Below are positions 51,963-61,878 of a stretch of DNA of 64,000 nucleotides, one piece after another (position 1 is the first letter of the stretch; each line of letters starts with the position of its first letter). The notes under the pieces were generated by a model. That model saw nothing but the letters and a program-made list of their open reading frames with translations, was not told where the DNA came from and ran no database searches. The translations under genes were made by a program, and so were the position numbers. Source of the DNA: Candidatus Poribacteria bacterium (GTDB lineage Bacteria; Poribacteria; WGA-4E; WGA-3G). The stretch lies in assembly GCA_965197475.1 (NCBI GenBank), contig CBDANF010000002.1, forward strand, positions 416,001 to 480,000. Reading direction: 5' to 3'.

Positions 51963-52450
51963 TTGAAAATTGGTTCAGTTGTTCGAAATTTTAGATTATC
52001 TTTTGTTTCAATCTCGGTTATAACTTGCCGAACATCAGTTTGGGTCAAGATGTTTAATTTCCAGAGTGCGCGTAAAATATGAGCTAAGTTAATACAATCG
52101 ATACGGTTTGCGTTGCAGTGGTGCATTACGCGACGTTCGTTGCTAACCAAAATGGCTTTTAGGCGTTTACATAGTGCCATAGATTCGCGCTCTCCCGCAT
52201 CAAGTGTTTGTGGTAAAGAGTGCATAAATTCTTGATCTGCACTTGTCAGATGATGTATGCGAATTTGACCTTGTGTTTTTAGTTCTATGATTTGATAGGC
52301 GAAGTGAAACCCTTTTGAACTCGCTACTTTGATTTCATTTTCGACAGCAGTAGCAATGTTAAGCTGGTCTTGATGAAAAACCACGAACAAGAGGGATAAT
52401 TTCTGAATCTTGGCGAAAATTGAAAGAACATCAGTATCAACAAAGACCAA
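51959..52450 (-). CDS. PIN-domain toxin (DUF3368-like)
   Basis: VFVDTDVLS..LDAGERESMAL..SNE. Confidence 0.8.
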   Translation of the reverse strand: MVFVDTDVLSIFAKIQKLSLLFVVFHQDQLNIATAVENEIKVASSKGFHFAYQIIELKTQGQIRIHHLTSADQEFMHSLPQTLDAGERESMALCKRLKAILVSNERRVMHHCNANRIDCINLAHILRALWKLNILTQTDVRQVITEIETKDNLKFRTTEPIFK

Positions 52451-52452
52451 AG

Positions 52453-52776
52453 TTATTGTTCCTCTGTACTGATGTTTGATTTGTGCAATTCCCTGATGAC
52501 CGCAATTCCCGCTTCCAAATTTTCATCTGAATCAACTTCGGCAATTTTAGATATACCTTTCTCCTTTAAAACCGCTTCCAACTCGAAACGGTGGATTCCT
52601 GCTAATTCAGCGGCTCTTCCGAGCGTCACTTCACCTTCTTGGTATAGCAGGATTGCGGCATCAAGTTGTGATTCAGCATCAAGAGATTTCCGTAGTTGAT
52701 CGCGTTCCATTTTAGGCAATTTTTGTATCAACGGCAGTAGTTTTTCAAGAGTAATCGGTTCAGAAATTTGGATCAT
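52453..52776 (-). CDS. UPF0175 family antitoxin
   Basis: AILLYQEGEVTLGRAAELAGI.RFE. Confidence 0.85.
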   Translation of the reverse strand: MIQISEPITLEKLLPLIQKLPKMERDQLRKSLDAESQLDAAILLYQEGEVTLGRAAELAGIHRFELEAVLKEKGISKIAEVDSDENLEAGIAVIRELHKSNISTEEQ

Positions 52777-52800
52777 CCTATTCTACTCCTTTCTGAAATT

Positions 52801-52872
52801 TTAGGCGTTTTCAGAGTCGTGTGCAATTGCAGGCTGTTCGCCGAGTTGGTTCTCACTGTAGGGGTTTTGCAT
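52801..52872 (-). pseudogene. Collapsed mini-hsdR remnant (first ~16 and last ~5 codons)
   Basis: MQNPYSENQLGEQPAIA-HDSENA* vs HsdR MNPYSENQLVEQPAIA...YTENAAI*. Confidence 0.75.
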
Positions 52873-53133
52873 AATTCATGAAATGGTCTTGTATCTAACG
52901 ATAGGCATTTCGACGATGTTTGATTCGATAAATGCCAACACGCCGTGTTGCATGGACAGTATAAGGCGTTGGCGTGTTCAAAGTTTTCCCTCTTTTATCA
53001 GGTCGGTTCGAATGTCTTGATAGTCGCGAAACTCAGTTTCGGTTTCGACCACAGCATTAGTGTCCGTATAATTGTCTTATTGATATTATACATCTTCACA
53101 GGCGTACTTGTCAATTGCTTTCAGAGTGGCGAG

Positions 53134-54381
53134 CTAAATTATGTTGTCTTTGTTAATATCAAGTTCAGATACGTCTATTTCGCCAGAGATGAGTTTGGGG
53201 AGGAGAAGGTCGCGGGTTTGGCGGAGGTTGGCGTTTTTTTCTAACAAATTGTTAAGTGATTTTCTCAGTGAGGTAATCAATTCCTCAAAACTTTTTCTTA
53301 CATCCTGTGTTGGAATAACTAATCCAAAATCGGTGATAACTCCCGCACTCGCGCTTTTACGAGTGGTGCCAGTGCTTGCTCCATCTACGTAATTTTGATA
53401 ACGGGCATCTAAAAGAGCGTAAAAGAGGTAATAGGGTGATAGGAACGTAGACCTTAATTTCAAACGGATTAGATAAGAGGCAAAAACAGCATTAATATCT
53501 TTTTCAATTATTGCTACTTTCCCAGGATCTGCCATACGAATCACGAGAATATCACCGACATCAAGTTGATATTTCGCATGTTTTTTTGCGTCAATTGGAC
53601 AAAAAGGCACTGCTCCCCAATCGATGTATGTAGTTTTATTGATATCTTTACCTCTAACGAACTTCGGTCCAACTTCATCTTCAGTAGCAGATTCGGTATA
53701 GCCGTATTGCGTCAAAACTAGATCTGCAAGCTGCTTAACTTCCCATCCCTGCGGTATCTGTCCCAATTTTGATTCTACCATCTGGACGTTCTCATGTTCC
53801 GGAAATCGGTAGTGGACGAACCATTCTCTATAGAGGGTTTGTGCCATGTCTTCAAGGATTTTGATGCGGCGGGTGTTGTTTTCAATAAGGTCGTCGTTGG
53901 TGCTGAGGATAGCGGCGATTTTGCGTTGGGTTGGGAGTGGTGGAACACAAACCTTAAGTTTTGCGAATGAAGTCTTATTGACTATAGGGGTAGCAACACC
54001 ACTCGCAACATTCTGGAGAATATCTGTTTGTGTTCTGAGAAGGTAATAAACAAAATATGGGTCGTACTTTTGTTGATTTGCCACAACGCTGTTGATTTGC
54101 TGATTTGTTACGCTGGGAACAGATGTCATGCAAATCTTACCGATGCTTGCAATACAAACTACACAAACAGCATTGCGTGGCAGCAAACGTTTTTTATTAT
54201 ATTCATATCCTTTCTGTGATAAAAATCGTTCGGTATGAACAATGCGAGAATCTATTTCTATATCAGTTGGGGTGATAAAGGGATATTCATTGCCGTAATA
54301 CTCTGTTTTTTTTGTAGGTGGAGTAGAGCCTGTAATGATCTGTCCCAAGTCATTGATAGTTACGTTCTGCCACGTATTCAT
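53134..54381 (-). CDS. hsdS: Type I R-M specificity subunit S
   Basis: TGSTP, PPLPTQRKIAAIL..DDLIENN.RRI, IPQGWE, RDLLLPKLISGEI. Confidence 0.95.
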   Translation of the reverse strand: MNTWQNVTINDLGQIITGSTPPTKKTEYYGNEYPFITPTDIEIDSRIVHTERFLSQKGYEYNKKRLLPRNAVCVVCIASIGKICMTSVPSVTNQQINSVVANQQKYDPYFVYYLLRTQTDILQNVASGVATPIVNKTSFAKLKVCVPPLPTQRKIAAILSTNDDLIENNTRRIKILEDMAQTLYREWFVHYRFPEHENVQMVESKLGQIPQGWEVKQLADLVLTQYGYTESATEDEVGPKFVRGKDINKTTYIDWGAVPFCPIDAKKHAKYQLDVGDILVIRMADPGKVAIIEKDINAVFASYLIRLKLRSTFLSPYYLFYALLDARYQNYVDGASTGTTRKSASAGVITDFGLVIPTQDVRKSFEELITSLRKSLNNLLEKNANLRQTRDLLLPKLISGEIDVSELDINKDNII

Positions 54382-54441
54382 ACTGCGTTCCTAAATCAAA
54401 TTACAATTTCTTCTATACATTCTTCTATCTCAATCATAGTT

Positions 54442-55593
54442 TTAAGGTGTAGCGGGGGATGGATTACGAAGTCTAGCGACTGGAGCGAAGGTTGGAGATT
54501 CAACCATTTGTAGATTCTGTCCCAAAAAGAATTTCTTAAGATCCTCAGTGTATTCCGGCATTGGGTCTTGATCAACTATGTAAAACAATTCACGCCCAAC
54601 ACGCGAAAGGGCAACACCCGATATCCTTAATTCTGGCTTATTCTCTCGTTCTGGTAAGGGTGATAAAACCCAATGTTTTCCTTGATATTGGAATGGTAAA
54701 AGGACTGGGTTATCTTGACTTATTATGCACAAATTGTAGTCATACCGAGAATTGTAAGACGAAATAATCAGATCGTATTCGTTTAGTAAATTAAGTTGGC
54801 CATACCTTAAACCATATTTTTCAAGTGCATTAGTTCCAGGGTTGCCACCCAGAGAAGCAACTCTGGCATCAAGAATCATTTCGCTATTTGGAATTCCAAA
54901 GACCCCATAGACTACACATGCGGAACAGAATTTTTTGAACAAAGCGGCGATTTCTTGATCTAGCTCACTGAGGAGTTTTACAGCTTTTATTGAATACGAC
55001 CCTGGTTTCTCAATTTCACCAGCTAAGACGCGACCGAAACGACGTTGCATATCCTCACTACTTTTTTGACTCCCCTCTTTCTCAAAAATGTTGAACCAAT
55101 CATCGTCAATTGTTTTCTCTTCGTTAGTGTTCTCGCCTTGATTTTTTGGATCCGCAGCTTGTTCTTTATTCTGTTCACTGGTGTTTTCATCTGTTGCGTT
55201 GTCAGTTTTCGTTTTTTTAAGTATATCTGTAGCAAACCCCAATATTTTCTCAAGATTGTGCTGTTCCCGCAGTATTCTCTTCGCAAATGTATTTGATGCT
55301 CTCTGTGGAAATTCAGGATCAACCTTTAATTGCTGAATAATTTGGGCATTAATTGCTTCTGTAATTTTAATACGCGCTTCCGATTCTGACCTTTTCTCTG
55401 CAGATCTTCGTTCAAGAGCTCCAACAGGTATATCAATTAAAGCAGAACCTAACCTGTCCAAAGCCTTAAGCACGTTTCGCCTGATTGGAACAGGAATAGT
55501 TGAATCTAAAGCCAGATCGGTGACAGCATCAAGCGCAGTATTTGATGTGTCTTCGGTTGTTACGGGAAGATCTGGTTTTGTTTCATCAGACAT
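54442..55593 (-). CDS. DUF2806 domain protein
   Basis: REQHNLEKI..IDDDWF..F....SSEDMQ..FGRVLAGEIEKPGSYS. Confidence 0.8.
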   Translation of the reverse strand: MSDETKPDLPVTTEDTSNTALDAVTDLALDSTIPVPIRRNVLKALDRLGSALIDIPVGALERRSAEKRSESEARIKITEAINAQIIQQLKVDPEFPQRASNTFAKRILREQHNLEKILGFATDILKKTKTDNATDENTSEQNKEQAADPKNQGENTNEEKTIDDDWFNIFEKEGSQKSSEDMQRRFGRVLAGEIEKPGSYSIKAVKLLSELDQEIAALFKKFCSACVVYGVFGIPNSEMILDARVASLGGNPGTNALEKYGLRYGQLNLLNEYDLIISSYNSRYDYNLCIISQDNPVLLPFQYQGKHWVLSPLPERENKPELRISGVALSRVGRELFYIVDQDPMPEYTEDLKKFFLGQNLQMVESPTFAPVARLRNPSPATP

Positions 55594-55697
55594 AATTAAT
55601 CTTTCATTTTTTTATTACCAAAACGAATTGTGTTATTCATACTGTTATGTGTTTTCTATTCATTTTCAATCACAGATTTTGGATTATGGAGGATAGA

Positions 55698-56027
55698 TCA
55701 CGAAGTCGTAACGACTCGCAGGTGCCCGCCTTTTTCGTTTGAAGGCTTAATATGAATTTCAACGTCACGGTTCAACTGATTCAGGATTGTAAACAGTTTG
55801 TCCACGTTAAAATCGAAATCCCCGTTCTGTATTCGGGACACATCTGATGGATTGAGTCCAAAACGTTCCTCTGCTTTTGCTGGTGTGAGTTTTAGTTCTT
55901 CAAGTAAACGGTAGATTCTAATGACGAGATCCACTCTTAACTGTTCATGTTCAGCTTCCTCTTTAGAGAAACCGATGTCTAAAAACACATTGCCGGAACT
56001 CTTTGTAAATTTGACCTCTTCACTCAT
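55698..56027 (-). CDS. XRE/HigA-type antitoxin
   Basis: SSGNVFLDIGF..HTH..FNVDKL..L..L..DVEI. Confidence 0.85.
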   Translation of the reverse strand: MSEEVKFTKSSGNVFLDIGFSKEEAEHEQLRVDLVIRIYRLLEELKLTPAKAEERFGLNPSDVSRIQNGDFDFNVDKLFTILNQLNRDVEIHIKPSNEKGGHLRVVTTS

Positions 56028-56376
56028 TTTTTGCCTCCATTTCATGCGCTATTTTCAATCGTTGTTTAATCAAATCAATTTCCTTTTTAGGGGTGCGGAT
56101 ACCACGCGTGGATTTCTTTTGGAATGCGTGGAGCACATAGATATTCTCACCCAATTTGACAGTATAAACTGCGCGATAAGTATTCGTATCGTAACGAGCG
56201 GTAATTTCCAATACACCTGAACCCACTCCCCGCAACGGTTTGGCATTCTTGTCTTTAAGTCCGGATTGAGCAGCCTGTAATGCTCTACCTACCTTTGTTC
56301 TCGCAGCTTTGGGAAAACTCCGTACTCGCACATGCGAATCGCCAACCCATATTACATCTTTCATTACTTCATTCAT
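56020..56376 (-). CDS. RelE/HigB (Gp49-like) toxin
   Basis: KPLRGVGSGVLEI..TYRAVY..IYVLHAFQKKS. Confidence 0.9.
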   Translation of the reverse strand: MNEVMKDVIWVGDSHVRVRSFPKAARTKVGRALQAAQSGLKDKNAKPLRGVGSGVLEITARYDTNTYRAVYTVKLGENIYVLHAFQKKSTRGIRTPKKEIDLIKQRLKIAHEMEAKNE

Positions 56377-56394
56377 AATTTAACGCATTCAATA

Positions 56395-57960
56395 TTATAC
56401 CCTATTTTCTAATATCTTCGCAACATTCTCTGCAATGCGTTCTTCCAATTGGTGTGCCTCTGCGTTTAAAATTTCTAATTCCTCATTCAGTTCTGTGAAC
56501 CGTGGCATAAAGTCAAAATCCTCTGTTTCTTGTGTTGCGACACCGACATAACGTCCAGGGTTTAAACTCCATCCTTGCGCTTCAATTTCTTCTACTGTAG
56601 CAACTTTGCATAGACCGGGGACATCCGTATATTTTCCATCAGGAAATTTGTTTTTGAGGAGTTCCGCGCTGTTGTGTCTATTTTCAGGTGTTTCGTTTCG
56701 GTAAAGGCGCGCTATGTTTGCCAAGAATTCGAGTTGCATGGGTGTGAACTCACGGTGTGCACGACTTACTTGTTGATAGAGATGACGCGCATCAATGAAT
56801 AGGACTGTCCCGTGTCTGTCGGTATTCTGTTTGGATTTGTCGAAAAACCAGAGGGTACATGGCAGTGTTACAGTGTAGAAGAAATTTGATGCGATGCTTA
56901 TCATAACATCAACAGCACGAGATTCAATAATCTGCTTACGAATTTCTAATTCCGAAGCGCGCGCATCTGCAGCGGAGTTTGCCATCACAAAACCTGCCTT
57001 TCCGGTATCGTTCAGCGAGCTAAGAAACAACTGTATCCAAAGATAGTTCGCGTTATCTACGCGAGGCATTCCGAACGGGAATCGTGGGTCATCTTTTATC
57101 CGTTCCATATCTACTTTGTCAACATTAAAGGGCGGATTCGCCATCACAAAATCAAATTCGCCTAAAGACTTATGCGGATCTTTATAGTAGCTATTGGCTT
57201 GCTTGATGTCACCTTCATGTCCATGCACTGCAAGGTTCATCTTGCATAGTTTGATAGTCTCAGTTTTCCGTTCAACGCCGTAAATGCTGATACGTCTTTG
57301 GTTTTCGTTTTGTTGATGATTCTGTATGAATTCTTCGCTTTGGACAAACATACCGCCGGAACCGCAAGCTGGATCAAGAATCCGTCCGTGAAAAGGTTGG
57401 AGTATTTCAACGATGAGTTTAACAAGTGAAGTTGGGGTGAAGAACTCACCTCCGCGTTGCCCTTCACTCATAGCAAAATTGCCAAGAAAGTATTCGTAGA
57501 CCTTACCGAAGGCATCGCCTTCAATGTCCATCGAAATTTGTTCCATAATGCGTAGGAGTTCAATCAGCGTGCTCTTTTCAAGGCGATTGTAGTTTCTCGG
57601 CAAAACCCCATCAACCGGCTTATTTTCCGCTTCAATTGCTTTCATGGCGTTGTTGATAGCTTGTCCAATGTTATCGCTTTCTGGCAAATTTAGAAGATAG
57701 TTAAATCGCGACTTTTCCGGTAGATAGAATGCCCCATGTGCTTGGAATTGTGTTTTTTCATCAGTTCGGACCCGCGTACCAGACGGCATTTCTGATTTGA
57801 GTTCTTGTTGCACTTGTGTGAATTTATAGTCTGCATATTTTAAAAAAATAAGTCCTAAGACTGGCGTAGAGTATTCCGAAGCATTAAGATCTGAATTGGC
57901 CCTCAATTCATCTGCAGCACTCCAAAGTGTTCTTTCTATTTGAGTTAAGTTGGCATTCAT
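56395..57960 (-). CDS. hsdM: Type I R-M methyltransferase subunit M (m6A)
   Basis: [31 protein letters not shown]. Confidence 0.96.
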   Translation of the reverse strand: MNANLTQIERTLWSAADELRANSDLNASEYSTPVLGLIFLKYADYKFTQVQQELKSEMPSGTRVRTDEKTQFQAHGAFYLPEKSRFNYLLNLPESDNIGQAINNAMKAIEAENKPVDGVLPRNYNRLEKSTLIELLRIMEQISMDIEGDAFGKVYEYFLGNFAMSEGQRGGEFFTPTSLVKLIVEILQPFHGRILDPACGSGGMFVQSEEFIQNHQQNENQRRISIYGVERKTETIKLCKMNLAVHGHEGDIKQANSYYKDPHKSLGEFDFVMANPPFNVDKVDMERIKDDPRFPFGMPRVDNANYLWIQLFLSSLNDTGKAGFVMANSAADARASELEIRKQIIESRAVDVMISIASNFFYTVTLPCTLWFFDKSKQNTDRHGTVLFIDARHLYQQVSRAHREFTPMQLEFLANIARLYRNETPENRHNSAELLKNKFPDGKYTDVPGLCKVATVEEIEAQGWSLNPGRYVGVATQETEDFDFMPRFTELNEELEILNAEAHQLEERIAENVAKILENRV

Positions 57961-58039
57961 ATTTTTAGATTCCTTTGCACATAAGTACTTGAATAAAGTT
58001 ATGATAAAATACGACTATCCCACTTCCTTTGCTGCTTCA

Positions 58040-61000
58040 TTAGAAGAAGGAACGACCAAGTGAATTTCCGCTGCCAAATGCGTTATACGGCACACCTGCA
58101 GGTAAAGTATGGAGTCCCCATGTGTCAGTAGTCGCGTCAAAACCGACCCCCATAGAAACTGCTGGTTCACCTATCAAGTTAACCTGAAATGTAAAATCTT
58201 GTCGGACGTTGTCAAACGGTGGATCGCGTTTGATTCCGACTCGACTCCAGGAGATACGGAGGTTCCAATCGTGCAAATTGCGGTTAATGCTGACACGTTG
58301 TGAGTAAAATTGCCCTTCAATTGGATAGTAGATGAGGCTAAAGTCAAACTCAAGATCCTTGTTGAAACGGTATCGCCCATTAGCAGTCATGGAGCGCGAA
58401 GCTCGTATAGAGGTGTGTCGGTTGCTAAAGGAATTACCGAGACTGACATACCATTTTTGCCGTGTATATCTAATATTGGTGCGCACACCAACCATTTTGA
58501 ATTGTTTTCCATCATCGGGATGAGGATTTGGGTCATGAGTAAGGCGAACCGTCATATTTAGATTGCGGCTTGGTAATGGAACGATGGTGAAGTCGCTTTC
58601 AATTGGCTCGTATTTGCGCCTATATAACGACTCAAATTCTGTAAAATCAGCGGTAAGGCGGGTATCAAAATAGAAGATACGGTGTGCAGATTGACTGCGT
58701 CTGGTTTTAATTTCTATATTCGTATTGAAATTATATGTTAGCCTTTTGCGTTCATAGAAATAGGTACTGGGACCAAACGGGTAAAGACTGTTTTCCTCAT
58801 CAATAGGCGGTTGAAAATCAAAAGTAAGAGAGGATTGCAATTCATGGCGCAATTTTCGGACACCGGGTATAAAACTGGCGTTGTAGATACGGAATAGGGT
58901 ATTGGTAACTTGTGATCTGATACTGTAAACCCCACGTATTATGTTTTTATTTTTGTCTTGGTCTTTAGCGTGCCAGATAGCGTTTGTGTTCAGACGGGCA
59001 CTTATTTTTATCTCGCGCAAAGGGGTAATAAAAAGGTTTGCTTGCTTGCGCAGGTCAAACCCTAAGTCAATTGTCTGAAGAAAAACGTCATTTTCTTCAC
59101 CGTGTTTGCCGCGATAGGTTTGTCTAAAGAAGTTGCCAAATTCAATATCCATATCAAAACTGGTATCTTCAAGTGTTGGGAAAGCGAGAAGGGAGAGAAT
59201 AGGTATGTCGGTTTTGAGTTTTTCCGAGACAAGAACCATCCCATCGTTAATCGTTTCAAATACTGGAAGCCTGCTAAACCGCATCCGTGAAAAATTCACG
59301 GTCAATTGCGGTAATTTTTGGAGTGCGGTGGTGCCTTGTCCAGAGAAATCATGGATGTGTCGAACTTCGAGCCTGCCTGTGAAGTCACCGATGGTTTCTC
59401 GTGAATACCTGAGGTTCCCGTTTTCATCAACGTCCTTTTCACTTGCGGCGGAGAAGGCTGTGCCGTAGGTGATTATCCCAAAAGAATTGAGAGAAGATTC
59501 ATTTTGGATCTCCAAATCATCTTTATAGTTGACAGCACGCCACGCGGTCCGTCCAACGAAACTAAGTGGACGGCGCCCTGCTTGTCGGCTATCCCAGGGC
59601 GTATAGAAGGATTGTCTATGTCCCCACCGCATATTCCAACGTCTACCAATTCGGGATGCGCTCTGTCTGCTAAAGGAGTACTCGTCCGCCCCGTAGAGAT
59701 AAAAATCTCCGTAATAACTTCGCTTCTTATCTACTTTGATGAGTCTAAACGATTTTTTTGTATTAATTACTCGGCTATATTCATCAGCATAAAGACTTTG
59801 TGCTTCTGATGCCACTTGTCTTGGGTCTTCCCACCGTCCACGAAAACCGTATTTTCTATAAACTTCAAACTTTTCTTCCTCTTCAGCACTTTCTTGCTCA
59901 GTGGTTGTTGCGTCTTCGGGTGTCGCTGGTGGTGTGGACGTTTCGCTTTCAGCATCATCGGTAACAACAGGGGGCGAGGTGCTATCACCACCATTAGGTT
60001 TCTTAGTTTCATCGGAAGTGGTTGTGTTTTCCTCTTTAGGTGGTGTAGTTAAAACCTCAGCTTCAAAAGTTTCCCATTCGGCTTCAAACTGCTCGGCGAG
60101 TTCTTCAAACGTGGGTGTTTCCTCCTTTTTGATTAATTGAAAGATATAAAGACCTTCAGGTGAAAAAACAGGACTACGTTGGGTAATGTCTCCAGGTTTT
60201 TCCAAACGTCGGACAGAATATTGCCATCCGGTGTCCATCTCATTAAGGGGCAATCCGTTGCCATCATTAATTTCGGATAATTTTGCTTCAGTGAATTCCG
60301 AGGCAAGTTTTTCAAATGTTTCACCAGCAAGCGCGCGTTCGTGTATATTATTAGCGGTTTCACGAACGCTCTGCTGTGTTTCAGTACTTGCGGTGATAGC
60401 GATATCAATGCGGAGCAATTTAATTTCGCGTTCACCGTAGATGTTAAGCACACGCTCCGCTTTGAGGATATGAAAAGCGGATTCGGTTTTTAAGACACTG
60501 CTAATTTCACCTTCCTTAAGTGTGAACGCTGCTTCTTCTAAGACCGGCTCAAGTATTGGATTGCCGTCTTTGTCTTTCTCGCCTCGTGCAAGGAATCCCA
60601 TATCACCACCATCGTAACGTGTATCTGAATGGTCAGATACACTCTGGGCGAGTTGTGAAAAGTCAGCGGCATCTTCATTAAGTTGTTTGAGGATTTTTTC
60701 CGCTTCTTCTTTTGCACGGATAGCATCTTCATCAGAGATCTGATACTCCAGGAAAAGTTTTCTTAGCCAATATCGGTCATAGTCACCTTCAAGACGACCA
60801 TATATCTCTTTTGCTTTTTCTTCCAATTTTGTACGTTGGGCAGGGGTAGCGTTAGGCGGGATAGGAATATGGATCTCTCGGAACTGCGTATCACTAAATC
60901 GATATTTTCCTTCTAATCCGAAACCTTGTCCTCTTCGCGCGCTTCTGTCGTATAAAAGTGCACCATCGTAGCGTCTTTTGCGGGCTACAGGTAAGATGAT

Positions 61001-61858
61001 ACTGATGTTGGGACCTTGATAGCTATCTGTTCCGACTCTAACGATAATCTTTGCGACTTTGCCTTTCCGCAGGTCGCGCCGAATAGCAGGAAAATAGAAG
61101 AGCGGAACGCCACCGATCCGCAAGACGATATTTTTGGCAATCATCTCTTGGTTCATTTTGACAATCACTTCGGAAACGCTGAAATGGTAGTGCGGGTATT
61201 TCAACGAGCAGGTCGTTAGAGAACCACCGCGGATATAAGATTTTTTGTCCTCAATTTTAAAGATCTCGCTTCCTCCAAAATACCACGGATCGCTAAATGT
61301 GTACCCATTTCTGGCAATCCCCTTCTTGGTTTCGAGGTTGAAAACCAGTTCATCGGAATAGGTCTCATCATCACCGACTTTAAGATAAACGTTACCAGCA
61401 GCGCGCATCAGGTTATCATTGAAGTCTGCCCACACGTGGTCTGCTCGCAAAATGACATCTTCATATTTTATGAGAGCATTCCCATGAATTTGAACGAAGT
61501 TATCTTGTAAAATGACTTCGTCCCCATCGCCTATTACCGTGTCTGCTTCAGGAGTCATCTTTTCAGGATTTAAGGCTTCTTTAGCAGCTGTGACAGTCTG
61601 ATTCGTATCTTGAATAGCCTGTGTATCGGCTTTTTCTGGATCGTCTGGGGAAGGAGATTGTGAGGCTTGCGCATTCACTGACTGTAACGGTAAGAACAGA
61701 CAGGTGAAAACTACGACAGCAAACAATAAGGCACATAAAAGTCCGGTAATGTGATGTGTATTCTCCATTGATGTGCCACGCATTGACAGTTGATGCTGCA
61801 ACGTTAATATAGGTTGTATCATTTTATTAATTGACAGGATATCTTTGTTCTTTAACAA
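58040..61858 (-). CDS. lptD: LPS-assembly protein LptD with internal parvulin (PPIase) insertion
   Basis: OstA-like N-domain, LTTC..PHY, VPLFYFP, RRGQGFGLEGKY; insert with FSQLAQSVSD..GGDMG..EAAFTLKEGEISSV; barrel-like C-terminus with RNLHDW. Confidence 0.8.
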   Translation of the reverse strand: MLKNKDILSINKMIQPILTLQHQLSMRGTSMENTHHITGLLCALLFAVVVFTCLFLPLQSVNAQASQSPSPDDPEKADTQAIQDTNQTVTAAKEALNPEKMTPEADTVIGDGDEVILQDNFVQIHGNALIKYEDVILRADHVWADFNDNLMRAAGNVYLKVGDDETYSDELVFNLETKKGIARNGYTFSDPWYFGGSEIFKIEDKKSYIRGGSLTTCSLKYPHYHFSVSEVIVKMNQEMIAKNIVLRIGGVPLFYFPAIRRDLRKGKVAKIIVRVGTDSYQGPNISIILPVARKRRYDGALLYDRSARRGQGFGLEGKYRFSDTQFREIHIPIPPNATPAQRTKLEEKAKEIYGRLEGDYDRYWLRKLFLEYQISDEDAIRAKEEAEKILKQLNEDAADFSQLAQSVSDHSDTRYDGGDMGFLARGEKDKDGNPILEPVLEEAAFTLKEGEISSVLKTESAFHILKAERVLNIYGEREIKLLRIDIAITASTETQQSVRETANNIHERALAGETFEKLASEFTEAKLSEINDGNGLPLNEMDTGWQYSVRRLEKPGDITQRSPVFSPEGLYIFQLIKKEETPTFEELAEQFEAEWETFEAEVLTTPPKEENTTTSDETKKPNGGDSTSPPVVTDDAESETSTPPATPEDATTTEQESAEEEEKFEVYRKYGFRGRWEDPRQVASEAQSLYADEYSRVINTKKSFRLIKVDKKRSYYGDFYLYGADEYSFSRQSASRIGRRWNMRWGHRQSFYTPWDSRQAGRRPLSFVGRTAWRAVNYKDDLEIQNESSLNSFGIITYGTAFSAASEKDVDENGNLRYSRETIGDFTGRLEVRHIHDFSGQGTTALQKLPQLTVNFSRMRFSRLPVFETINDGMVLVSEKLKTDIPILSLLAFPTLEDTSFDMDIEFGNFFRQTYRGKHGEENDVFLQTIDLGFDLRKQANLFITPLREIKISARLNTNAIWHAKDQDKNKNIIRGVYSIRSQVTNTLFRIYNASFIPGVRKLRHELQSSLTFDFQPPIDEENSLYPFGPSTYFYERKRLTYNFNTNIEIKTRRSQSAHRIFYFDTRLTADFTEFESLYRRKYEPIESDFTIVPLPSRNLNMTVRLTHDPNPHPDDGKQFKMVGVRTNIRYTRQKWYVSLGNSFSNRHTSIRASRSMTANGRYRFNKDLEFDFSLIYYPIEGQFYSQRVSINRNLHDWNLRISWSRVGIKRDPPFDNVRQDFTFQVNLIGEPAVSMGVGFDATTDTWGLHTLPAGVPYNAFGSGNSLGRSFF

Positions 61859-61878
61859 GCCTCTCGTTCAAACCGATG

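Noticed and set aside
52880-53130. Small gene between hsdS and mini-hsdR
   Set aside because: Only short interrupted frames; origin not identifiable
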